The translations under genes were made by a program, and so were the position numbers. Positions 55,911 to 64,000 of a stretch of 64,000 nucleotides of DNA are shown here, in pieces. Below the pieces are notes generated by a model. The model worked only from the letters and a program-made list of their open reading frames with translations. It searched no databases and was not told the DNA's origin. Position 1 is the stretch's first letter, and each line of letters starts with the position of its first letter. The DNA is taken from the NCBI GenBank assembly GCA_949289045.1, contig CASEMN010000014.1, positions 2 through 64,001 of the forward strand. Reading direction: 5' to 3'. The stretch comes from an uncultured Oscillospiraceae bacterium (GTDB lineage: Bacteria > Bacillota > Clostridia > Oscillospirales > Acutalibacteraceae).

Positions 55911-57537
55911 AACGTTCACCCGATTCAAACAGCGGTACTCCCAAATAACTCGAATAGGTTATTCCCGAACAGTTGGGAGAGAGGGCAAAAGCTTTATTTC
56001 TTGAAACAACAGGGTAGACATAATAGTTTTGTACAAGAAATTCCTCACATTTTTTGGTAAGCTCAGTTTTGTTGCTGCTGTCTGCGCTTAAAGCCTGCTC
56101 CACCATCTTACTGTAGTTTTCTGAATAAACCCCGTATCCGTTTATAAACATTTTAAGTATGTCATCTGTGCGGCTGGTGGAAGCTGTAATAGGAGCAAAG
56201 GCAATTTGATAACCGCCGGAATTTATTGTGCTCATAACGTCTTCAATAGGAACAACGTTTATTTTAGCGGAAAAGGAAATTCCGAAAACTTCCTGCCATT
56301 GACCGATTACTATGCGAACGTTTTCCTCGTCTCTTTCTGTACAGGTAACGGTTACTTCAAGGGTTTTCATGCCAAGCCGTGTAAGTTCGCTGTCCCAAAG
56401 TTGTTTGGCATAGGTGGTGTTTGTTGAAGGAAGCGAGATATTACCTGCAGTTTCTCTGTAAGATTTTCCTCCTAAAAGGCAGGCTCCGGGAATAACTCCT
56501 CCGGCAGATGTTTCTCCTTCGTTGAGATTGAAAGAAAGGGGACTCATTGCCAGCATAAAAGCTTTCCTTAAATCTGTGGAGGAAAGAGCGTATGAATATC
56601 CTCCGTTAATAAGGAAACCCCAAGTTTCCGCAGGATAATAAGTTACGCTCTGCTCTTTATCGTCGAATTCATCAATGGTCAAACTGCTTACCCAGGCGGC
56701 GGAAAGCTTATCGTCGTTTACCTCTTCGGCTATGGTGTCTTCTCCTGTTTGAATATAAAGGGTAACTGAAGCAGGAGTCACGTATTCAAATTCAGTATAT
56801 GTTTTGTTAAGTCCTTCTTCAGTATTGTAATTTTTTCTCAGTATAATTGAGGCGTCATGATTCCATTTAGAGAGATAAAACGGACCACATGAAAGATAAT
56901 AATCAACGTCAAGTCCGTAGCGTCCCTTTGTTCCGTTAAAAAAGTCCTCGTTGCAGGGCATTGCACCTGAGGTTGCCATGAGATATAAAAATTCATCACT
57001 GGGCTTTTCAAGGGTTATTCTTATGGTTTGGCTGTCCGGAGTTTCAATTCCCAGCTTATCTGCTGAAAGTTCTCCTGAATTTACCTTTTCACCGTTTTTG
57101 ATTATATAAAAATCCTTTGCAAAAGGAGACTTGGTTTCCGGCATAAGGGTTCTTTTAATGCCAAAGGCAAAATCATAGGAAGTAAGAGCACCGCTGAAAT
57201 CTGAGCCTGCAATGTCTTTTGTGGTTTCGAGCATATGCCATCTCAAGCCATCTCTCATATGGAAAGTATAAACGCAGCCGTTTTCGGATATATCCCAACT
57301 CGCGGCAGCACCCGGTACTATTTGATTGGAACTGTCTATTTTTACAAGGCTGAGCATTGTATTGTAAACAGTAATCAATGCTGCATCACCGGTAGCTATT
57401 TGAGGGTCAAGACAGGTGGGTTCAGCAGAAACCGGATAGGATAGAGCTTTGCCTGTTCCGTCTTTTTCCCCGCAAGCAGAAAAAGTCATGATTATAATTA
57501 CTGTCATTAAAATCAGTGAAATGATTTTTTTTCTCAT
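55903..57537 (-). CDS. Family-5 (OppA-like) peptide/nickel ABC substrate-binding lipoprotein, no cognate permease nearby
   Basis: Start at MRKKIISLILMTVIIIMTFSAC (lipobox). The size and sequence pattern are typical of SBP family 5. Confidence 0.75.
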   Translation of the reverse strand: MRKKIISLILMTVIIIMTFSACGEKDGTGKALSYPVSAEPTCLDPQIATGDAALITVYNTMLSLVKIDSSNQIVPGAAASWDISENGCVYTFHMRDGLRWHMLETTKDIAGSDFSGALTSYDFAFGIKRTLMPETKSPFAKDFYIIKNGEKVNSGELSADKLGIETPDSQTIRITLEKPSDEFLYLMATSGAMPCNEDFFNGTKGRYGLDVDYYLSCGPFYLSKWNHDASIILRKNYNTEEGLNKTYTEFEYVTPASVTLYIQTGEDTIAEEVNDDKLSAAWVSSLTIDEFDDKEQSVTYYPAETWGFLINGGYSYALSSTDLRKAFMLAMSPLSFNLNEGETSAGGVIPGACLLGGKSYRETAGNISLPSTNTTYAKQLWDSELTRLGMKTLEVTVTCTERDEENVRIVIGQWQEVFGISFSAKINVVPIEDVMSTINSGGYQIAFAPITASTSRTDDILKMFINGYGVYSENYSKMVEQALSADSSNKTELTKKCEEFLVQNYYVYPVVSRNKAFALSPNCSGITYSSYLGVPLFESGERYD

Positions 57538-57757
57538 TTTCGCACCACCAAAGGAGATATTAGCAGAAATAATTTTATCATCAGTTAGCATTTCTTTCAA
57601 TAGCGTAAAGGTTACAAAAAGGTTAAAATGCATACAGCATATAAAAGCCGTAATAGTATTATTTACATACTCTTATGTTATTATCTTGATGTGAATGTAA
57701 TAAAAAAATAAAAGCGCATTGGAAAATCTCAATGCGCTTTGTTTTATATACAGTATA

Positions 57758-59185
57758 TTATTTTTTAATTTCTTTTCTTGCTTTTGCTTTAAGAGCTTTA
57801 GTGCCGGAGCTTTCTTCAAAATCTTTTGTAAGCTTTACTACAACTCCGCTTAAAGCGAGAACAGCTATAAGGTTCGGAATAACCATCAGTCCGTTGAAGC
57901 AGTCAGCAAGCGACCAAACAAGATCTACTTTCAGAGAAGAACCTATAACGATGAAAATAAGCACTAAAATCGTATAGGGGATAACAGCTTTTTTACCGAA
58001 GAGGAACTTGATATTTGTTTGACCGAAGAAATACCAGCCAATAATAGTTGAGAAGGCAAAGAAAAGCATGCAAATTGCAATAAATATGGAACCTGCATTT
58101 CCGAAGATAGATTTAAATCCTTCCTGTGCGAGACCGGCTGCATCTACAGTTCCGTTCATACCAAGGTCAAGAACGCCTGTTGAAAGAATAACGAATGCGG
58201 TGAGAGTGAGTATAACAAATGTGTCAATAAAAACTCCCATCATTGCAACAATACCCTGTTCTGACGGATGTTTAACCTTAGCAATGGCGTGAGCATGGGG
58301 TGTTGAACCCATACCTGCTTCGTTTGAGAAAAGTCCTCTGGCAACTCCGTAACGCATCGCCTTCTGTACGGTAATACCGACGGCTCCGCCGAAAAGTGAA
58401 GACGGTGAAAATGCTCCTACAAATATCTGACGGAAGGCTTCGGGAACATTTTTGATATTGGCAATAATGATTATCATAGAACCTATAATATAGAATACTG
58501 CCATAATGGGAACGATTTTTTCTGTAACGGAAGCAATTCTTTTAACTCCGCCGAGAAAAATTATTCCAGCGAAAATTGCAATGGCAATACCTACATAGAG
58601 AGGTTCAATGCCAAAGGCGTTTTTAAATGCATCGCCTATTGAGTTGGACTGAACCATGTTTCCCATAAAGCCTAAAGCAAAAATTATCAAAATTGAAAAT
58701 ATAGCGGCGAGAACTTTTCCGAAAGTTCCGCTGAAAGCGGCTTTTATGTAAAATGACGGTCCGCCTGTAACTTCGCCGTTACGAACGGTTTTATATTTCT
58801 GTGCAAGAACTGCCTCAGCGTAGATAGTAGCCATTCCGAAAAATGCGCTCATCCACATCCAAAATATAGCTCCGGGTCCACCGGCAATAAGGGCTGTAGC
58901 GGCTCCGACGATGTTTCCTGTTCCTACCTGTGCGGCTATAGCCGTAGCAAGGGACTGGAAAGATGACATTCCGCTTCCGTCGGCAGCTTCGCCTTTTAAT
59001 TTTAATGCTCCGAAAGTAGCCTTAAAAGATTCGCCGAATTTTCTTACCTGAATAAAACGCAGACGCAAAGTAAAAAAGATACCTGTTCCGCAAAGAAGGA
59101 AGAGAAGAGCAAAATCCCATAAAAAACTGTTTACTTTACCTACGGAGTCATTGAGGGTTATCTGAAACTGCTGTAACCACTCCAT
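57758..59185 (-). CDS. Alanine/glycine:cation symporter (AGCS) family transporter
   Basis: SFQSLATAIAAQVGTGNIVG and GLFSNEAGMGS motifs. Start at MEWLQQF behind GAGGAG (the ORF-track start is 59290). Confidence 0.85.
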   Translation of the reverse strand: MEWLQQFQITLNDSVGKVNSFLWDFALLFLLCGTGIFFTLRLRFIQVRKFGESFKATFGALKLKGEAADGSGMSSFQSLATAIAAQVGTGNIVGAATALIAGGPGAIFWMWMSAFFGMATIYAEAVLAQKYKTVRNGEVTGGPSFYIKAAFSGTFGKVLAAIFSILIIFALGFMGNMVQSNSIGDAFKNAFGIEPLYVGIAIAIFAGIIFLGGVKRIASVTEKIVPIMAVFYIIGSMIIIIANIKNVPEAFRQIFVGAFSPSSLFGGAVGITVQKAMRYGVARGLFSNEAGMGSTPHAHAIAKVKHPSEQGIVAMMGVFIDTFVILTLTAFVILSTGVLDLGMNGTVDAAGLAQEGFKSIFGNAGSIFIAICMLFFAFSTIIGWYFFGQTNIKFLFGKKAVIPYTILVLIFIVIGSSLKVDLVWSLADCFNGLMVIPNLIAVLALSGVVVKLTKDFEESSGTKALKAKARKEIKK

Positions 59186-59529
59186 ATGTGCAACACTCCT
59201 CAAGTTGATTTTTGAACGTAAACATAATTTTACAATACAATATATACGGGTGTCAACATAAAAACTTATTAGGAGTGCGAACTGTTTCAAGGTGTAACAA
59301 CGTGAAATAAATTTTATTAGGAAAAATTAAAATAATTTTATAAATTGTGAACTTCAAATTTTTATAAAATAGTTTTTAAAAATAAAAGTTACTGAAAGGC
59401 TGTAACATCAAGGCTTTCTTTTTATCTGTACTATATCAAATAATTATAAAACCTTTGTTTAATAGTCAACAATAAAATATTATTAATTATCTGTGACATA
59501 TTTTACCAATTAAATATTACAGTAATCGG

Positions 59530-59558
59530 TTGACAAATTTCCTTCATGGCTCTATAAT
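59530..59558 (+). promoter_or_regulatory. Consensus sigma-A promoter about 200 nt upstream of the 59757 gene
   Basis: TTGACA (59530-59535), 17-bp spacer, TATAAT (59553-59558). Confidence 0.65.
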
Positions 59559-59756
59559 ATGTGTACAATTTACATAAAACCCATTGATAAGTTTTGTTTT
59601 GTTGTTAAAACAGAGATGTTTAAAGGGCGAAATGTATATAATTGTAAAATAAACTGTAAACATATTTTACCTGGCGGTTTTGATGTTGCAGTTGTTTTTT
59701 AACTTTAAAAACAGGGAACAAAAAGTTCCTGTTTATATAAAAAGGAGGATAAAAAA

Positions 59757-61517
59757 ATGAAGACCACAAGCAACAAAAAGTGGACAAAGATTGTTTCCAT
59801 AATTGTTTCTGCAGCTATTCTCTGCACAGTTATGGTAGCAGCTCTGATTCCGTCTTTCGCAGCTGATGAAATCAACTACGGAACAGATTCTTACACTCTT
59901 GCTGACAAAGGCTACTATGTCTCCATGGGTGTTGACGGTATCAACTACACCTTTGTTCAGACTGAGGACAATCAGAAGTTTACATTCAGAACCATTTACA
60001 ATATGATGGTAAACTTCGACCCCAACAATGTCATCTATGACAACATCAGCTTTACCAATGCTGACGAAATGGCTGACTGCACAATCAACTGGATAAACGG
60101 TTCACCCATGGATGACGGCATGATCGGCGGTAAGGCCGGCGCTGCTACAAGAAGCATGGCTAGCTATGAGGCAGAGGTAACCTTTACAAGCAATAAGGAA
60201 GCTTCAAGAGACTCTCTTGTAATTAATCCTGACCTCACAGTTGACTATCGTTCACTTGATGTTGACGCTGTTGAAAGTGATCCCAGATGGAGCAAGCCTG
60301 AAAACGCTCATCAGGAAAAATTCGCTTTCACAATTACAATTATTGATGCACGTAGTCTTGCAGACACAGTTGAGTTTGCACAGTCAAAGGTAAAGGCTGA
60401 GGACACTTATACAGCTGAATCCCGCGACGCACTTGCAAAGGCAATTGAGACATACCAGACTCCCGGTGCAACACAGACAGAGGTTAACTTTGCAGAAGCT
60501 CTTATCCTTCGTGCAGTAGAAAACCTTGAAACTCTTCCCGGCGTTACAGTAGATCCTGTTGAGCTTGATACAATCAAGGCAGACAGACAGGCTGCTATCA
60601 ACGAAGCAACTGGTTATCAGAAGTTCGGCAATACAGGTCACTATATCTCCATGGGTGTTAATAATGTAAATTATACTTTCATCCAGAAGGAAGATACAGA
60701 GCGTTTCGAGTTTACAACAGACCTTAACTTCCTTATTAACTATGTTGGAAACAGCATCATGTTCACAGACATTTCTTTCACAGATGCTGAAGGCGCTCTT
60801 GCAAATAGCAATCTTGTATGGCAGGATAGCGAAGGTCCTGTAGGATACCATAAGGTACTCGTTGGTGCTGGCGGAGCTAACTCCAACAATTTCTACAACT
60901 ACACTGCAGCTATTTCCTTTACAAGTGATAAAGAGGCTTCAAGAGAAGCTAAGGTTATCAATGCAAATCTTTCCGTAGCTTACAAATATCAGCCCACAAG
61001 CGTTATTTGGGTAGGTCCTTGGGAAGGCGCTGATACAAAGGATTACGCTTATACAATAACAATTATTGATGAGCGTCTTCTTGACGAAACAGTTAAGGAA
61101 GCAGAGCAGAAGCTTGCACGTACAGACCTCTACACAGAGGAATCACTTGCACTTCTCCAGGAATCTGTTGACCTTTACGGTGACGGCGGAATCACTCAGA
61201 CAGAAATCAACTATGCAGAGCTTCTTATCAGAGATGCTATCGCAAAGCTTGATCCTATCGAGCCTGATACAACAGAGCCCACAGATCCTTCAGAGCCTGA
61301 TACAACAGATCCTGTAGATCCTGATACAACAGAGCCTACAGATCCTGTAACTCCCACAGATCCTACTGATGATGCAACACCTTCAGATGACAACACTTCT
61401 GACGGCGGTTCAAATGTTCCTACAGGCGACACACTTCCCGTCGCTCTTGTAGTAGCACTTGCAGCAGTAGCTGGCGGAGCAGTTCTTGTTACAAAGAAAT
61501 CACGCAAGGACAAATAA
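59757..61517 (+). CDS. Cell-wall-anchored surface protein: two copies of (unassigned beta-rich domain + FIVAR-like module), Pro/Thr/Asp linker, LPXTG-like sorting signal
   Basis: Signal peptide ...AAILCTVMVAALIPSFAADE. The C-terminus has NVPTGD followed by the hydrophobic helix LPVALVVALAAVAGGAVLV and a KKSRKDK tail. Confidence 0.85.
   Translation: MKTTSNKKWTKIVSIIVSAAILCTVMVAALIPSFAADEINYGTDSYTLADKGYYVSMGVDGINYTFVQTEDNQKFTFRTIYNMMVNFDPNNVIYDNISFTNADEMADCTINWINGSPMDDGMIGGKAGAATRSMASYEAEVTFTSNKEASRDSLVINPDLTVDYRSLDVDAVESDPRWSKPENAHQEKFAFTITIIDARSLADTVEFAQSKVKAEDTYTAESRDALAKAIETYQTPGATQTEVNFAEALILRAVENLETLPGVTVDPVELDTIKADRQAAINEATGYQKFGNTGHYISMGVNNVNYTFIQKEDTERFEFTTDLNFLINYVGNSIMFTDISFTDAEGALANSNLVWQDSEGPVGYHKVLVGAGGANSNNFYNYTAAISFTSDKEASREAKVINANLSVAYKYQPTSVIWVGPWEGADTKDYAYTITIIDERLLDETVKEAEQKLARTDLYTEESLALLQESVDLYGDGGITQTEINYAELLIRDAIAKLDPIEPDTTEPTDPSEPDTTDPVDPDTTEPTDPVTPTDPTDDATPSDDNTSDGGSNVPTGDTLPVALVVALAAVAGGAVLVTKKSRKDK
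59877..61076 (+). repeat. Internal duplication (about 59877-60590 and 60611-61250)
   Basis: KGYYVSMGVDGINYTFVQTEDNQKFTF...FAFTITIIDARSL is parallel to TGHYISMGVNNVNYTFIQKEDTERFEF...YAYTITIIDERLL. Confidence 0.7.
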
Positions 61518-61552
61518 GCAAGATAAACGCTTAACAAGTTCTTAAATTTATG

Positions 61553-61585
61553 CGGTCAGACCGATTTCGGTCTGGCCGTTTTTTT
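61553..61585 (+). terminator. Rho-independent terminator
   Basis: CGGTCAGACC-GATTTC-GGTCTGGCCG followed by TTTTTTT. Confidence 0.8.
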
Positions 61586-61721
61586 ATATAAGAAATTCAT
61601 TTAATTAATTATGCCTTTTAATGCGTAATTATAGTTGACAATGGCAATTGTAATGCTATTATATGTTTATGAAACTTTATAAAATTGAGAGTTTGTAAAA
61701 ATAAAGGGGGAGATTTAATCG

Positions 61722-64000
61722 ATGAATATTTTTGGAGGATTGTCACAAAAGGAAAATAACGGTGGTTTCGGCGGTGAAATAACTGAAGGAATGCCTGAAA
61801 TTATAAGAGCTGCGGCGAATCAGGGTGCAGTATTACTTAAAAACAACGATATGCTTCCTCTGGCAAAGGGAACCAAAGTATCTGTTTTCGGAAGAGTGCA
61901 GATAGATTGGTTTTATACCGGATATGGTTCAGGAGGAGACGTAAATCGTCCTTATGCTGTTAACCTTATAGAAGGAATACGCAATAATGGAGAAATATTA
62001 TTAAATGAGAAATTAGCCGGTATATATGAAAAATGGTGCGAAGCGAATCCGATTAACCATGGCTACTGGGGCCATTGGCCAAGATTTTATCCTGACATGA
62101 AGCTCAGCGAGCAGCTTGTTAAGGAGGCAGCTGGTGAATCAGATTGTGCCGTGTTCGTAATTGGTCGTTCCTCAGGAGAAGACAGGGAAAATGTTCTTGA
62201 AAAAGGAAGTTATTATATTACTGATGAAGAGCTTTATAATCTTCGTCTTATTGCTTCCTACTTTTCCAAGACTGCTGTCATACTTAATATCGGCAGTGTC
62301 ATCGATATGTCTTTTCTTGAACATACAGATGTTGATGCTTTGCTTATTGCTTGGCAGGGAGGTATGGAGAGCGGAAACGCCGTAGCAGATTTACTGTCCG
62401 GAAAAGCAACTCCCTCAGGTAAGCTTTCGGATACAATTGTGAAAAAATATGAAAACTATCCCTGTGCAGAGCATTTTGGGGCAAAAAAGTATAACAATTA
62501 CTATGAAGATATATATGTAGGTTATAGATTTTTTGAAACCTTCCGAAAGGAAGATGTGCTATTTCCCTTTGGTTTCGGACTCAGCTACACCTCATTTTCA
62601 TGGGACTTTAAAAAGTGTGAACAAACTTCCGAAGGCTTTTCTTTTCTCTGTAATGTAAAAAATGTAGGTGAAACTTATTCCGGCAAAGAGGTTTTGCAGT
62701 GCTATGTGGAAAAACCCTGCGGAGAGTTAGGAAATCCATCCAGAGAACTTGTAGCCTTTAAGAAAACTAAACTGCTCTCTCCTGGTGAGGAGGAGGAGGT
62801 AACGTTGTTTGTGAAAAAAGAGCAGCTTTCTTCCTATGACCAAACCGGAGTTACAGGTTTTGCATCTGCCTATGTTTTGCAGGAGGGCAAATACGGATTC
62901 TATATAGGAACTGATGTGAGAAATTCAGAAAAATGTTTTGAACATGTTCAAAATAACACTGAACTTGTACAGCAGCTTTCGCCGATTTCGCAGCTTAAGA
63001 AAAACTTCAAAATAGTATCAGCCAGGGAAGAAAATGGAAAGCGAAGTTTTTGCGAAAAAGATACGGTAATAACTGAGACAAATTTAAGAGAAAAGATTAT
63101 AAAGAATCTTCCTCCCGAAATTCCCTTTACAGGTGATAGAGGCCTTAAGCTTGCAGATGTTAAAAACGGAAAATGCACAATGGAGGATTTTGTCGCCCAG
63201 CTTGACAACAAGGAACTTGAGGCTATTTCAAGAGGCGATTATAAAATGGATAGCCCCTTAGGTGCCAAGGGCAACGCCGGAGCCTTGGCGGGAGTTTTAC
63301 CTTCTCTCAGAGAAAAGGGAGTTCCTGCGGTAATAACTACAGACGGACCGTCGGGTATAAGGCTCCAAAGTAGCTGTTCTCTTATACCGATCGGCACTCT
63401 TTTAGCTTGTACTTTTGACCAGGATTTGGTGGAAAATCTGTATGAAGCCGTGGGTAATGAAATGATTGCCAAAGGCAGCCATATACTTTTAGCTCCAGGA
63501 ATGAACATACACAGAAGCCCATTGTGCGGCAGAAACTTTGAATATTATTCTGAAGATCCATGGCTTACAGGAATTATTGCGGCCGGTGCGGTAAAAGGTT
63601 TGCAAAAGACCGGTGTCTCCTCCTGCCCGAAGCATTTTGCTTGCAACAATCAGGAGTTTAACAGAAACTATAATGATTCCAGAGTAACTGAGCGTGCTTT
63701 ACGTGAGATATATTTGAAGGGCTTTGAAATTTGCGTAAAAACCGCAAAGCCGCAAAATATAATGACTTCATATAATAAGATAAATGGAGTTTGGAGCCAC
63801 TATAACTATGAACTTTGTACGCAAGTGTTAAGAGAAGAATGGGGCTACGAAGGCAATGTTATGACCGACTGGTGGATGCGTTCTTCTCATAGTCCGGAAT
63901 TCCGTAAAATAAGAAATAACGCTTATCGTGTACGCAGTCAGGTAGATGTTCTTATGCCCGGCGGAAAACGTATAGGAAAGAGAAAGCCAGATAGGACGTT
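61722..64000 (+). CDS. GH3 beta-glucosidase-type enzyme with reversed domain order (partial, runs off the window end)
   Basis: Not in the ORF track because no stop is reached. ATG 61722 lies 9 nt after AAAGGGGGA. The N-terminal part has alpha/beta-sandwich motifs (AVLLKNNDMLPL, VIGRSSGEDRE, GKATPSGKLSDT). After ~480 aa come the barrel motifs (TDGPSGIR, APGMNIHRSPLCGRNFEYYSEDP, KHFACNNQE, VMTDWW). Confidence 0.85.
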   Translation, partial: MNIFGGLSQKENNGGFGGEITEGMPEIIRAAANQGAVLLKNNDMLPLAKGTKVSVFGRVQIDWFYTGYGSGGDVNRPYAVNLIEGIRNNGEILLNEKLAGIYEKWCEANPINHGYWGHWPRFYPDMKLSEQLVKEAAGESDCAVFVIGRSSGEDRENVLEKGSYYITDEELYNLRLIASYFSKTAVILNIGSVIDMSFLEHTDVDALLIAWQGGMESGNAVADLLSGKATPSGKLSDTIVKKYENYPCAEHFGAKKYNNYYEDIYVGYRFFETFRKEDVLFPFGFGLSYTSFSWDFKKCEQTSEGFSFLCNVKNVGETYSGKEVLQCYVEKPCGELGNPSRELVAFKKTKLLSPGEEEEVTLFVKKEQLSSYDQTGVTGFASAYVLQEGKYGFYIGTDVRNSEKCFEHVQNNTELVQQLSPISQLKKNFKIVSAREENGKRSFCEKDTVITETNLREKIIKNLPPEIPFTGDRGLKLADVKNGKCTMEDFVAQLDNKELEAISRGDYKMDSPLGAKGNAGALAGVLPSLREKGVPAVITTDGPSGIRLQSSCSLIPIGTLLACTFDQDLVENLYEAVGNEMIAKGSHILLAPGMNIHRSPLCGRNFEYYSEDPWLTGIIAAGAVKGLQKTGVSSCPKHFACNNQEFNRNYNDSRVTERALREIYLKGFEICVKTAKPQNIMTSYNKINGVWSHYNYELCTQVLREEWGYEGNVMTDWWMRSSHSPEFRKIRNNAYRVRSQVDVLMPGGKRIGKRKPDRT

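Noticed and set aside
62948-63508. Two minus-strand ORFs (87 and 89 aa)
   Set aside because: They lie antisense inside the GH3 gene, whose frame carries strong family motifs.
1-64000. CRISPR arrays, transposases, integrases, prophage genes, restriction-modification or known defence systems, toxin-antitoxin pairs
   Set aside because: None were seen. No short regularly spaced repeats occur outside coding repeats. No proteins carry recombinase, nuclease-helicase, methyltransferase, TIR, SIR2 or cyclase hallmarks. I therefore do not claim a novel defence or mobile system here.

Overview
This 64-kb segment looks like ordinary chromosome from a low-GC Gram-positive, Clostridia-like bacterium. That placement is an inference from GGAGG ribosome-binding sites, hairpin-plus-T-run terminators, TTG/GTG starts and the ffs-dnaX-ybaB-recR and smpB-ssrA arrangements. 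I call about 50 protein genes and four RNA elements the ORF track cannot show: tmRNA, SRP RNA, tRNA-Arg(CCG) and a Trp-specific T-box leader. Gene content: (i) housekeeping (dnaX, ybaB, recR, smpB, uppP, mltG); (ii) transport (T-box-controlled ABC system, KtrB/TrkH, GPH symporter, AzlCD, AGCS symporter, an orphan peptide-binding protein); (iii) glycan metabolism (a GH29 fucosidase-FucU operon, a domain-swapped GH3, a TviB/TviC/GT4 cassette, a Wzy-like protein, GtrA); (iv) three loci of very large, repeat-rich secreted or wall-anchored proteins (1-5779, 20966-29062, 59757-61517); (v) many phosphoesterase genes. I saw no CRISPR array, transposase, integrase, phage gene, restriction-modification gene or recognisable defence system, so I do not claim a novel multi-gene system. 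The items most worth a second look are the tandem giant surface-protein paralogs (the second copy has two frame disruptions), undescribed repeat and domain families in the giant proteins, a metallophosphoesterase fused to a 1501-aa repeat protein inside a phosphoesterase-rich neighbourhood, a divergent pair of tail-anchored metallophosphoesterases, and an att-like duplication of the tRNA-Arg 3' end. All functional calls come from motif recognition by eye, with no database search.
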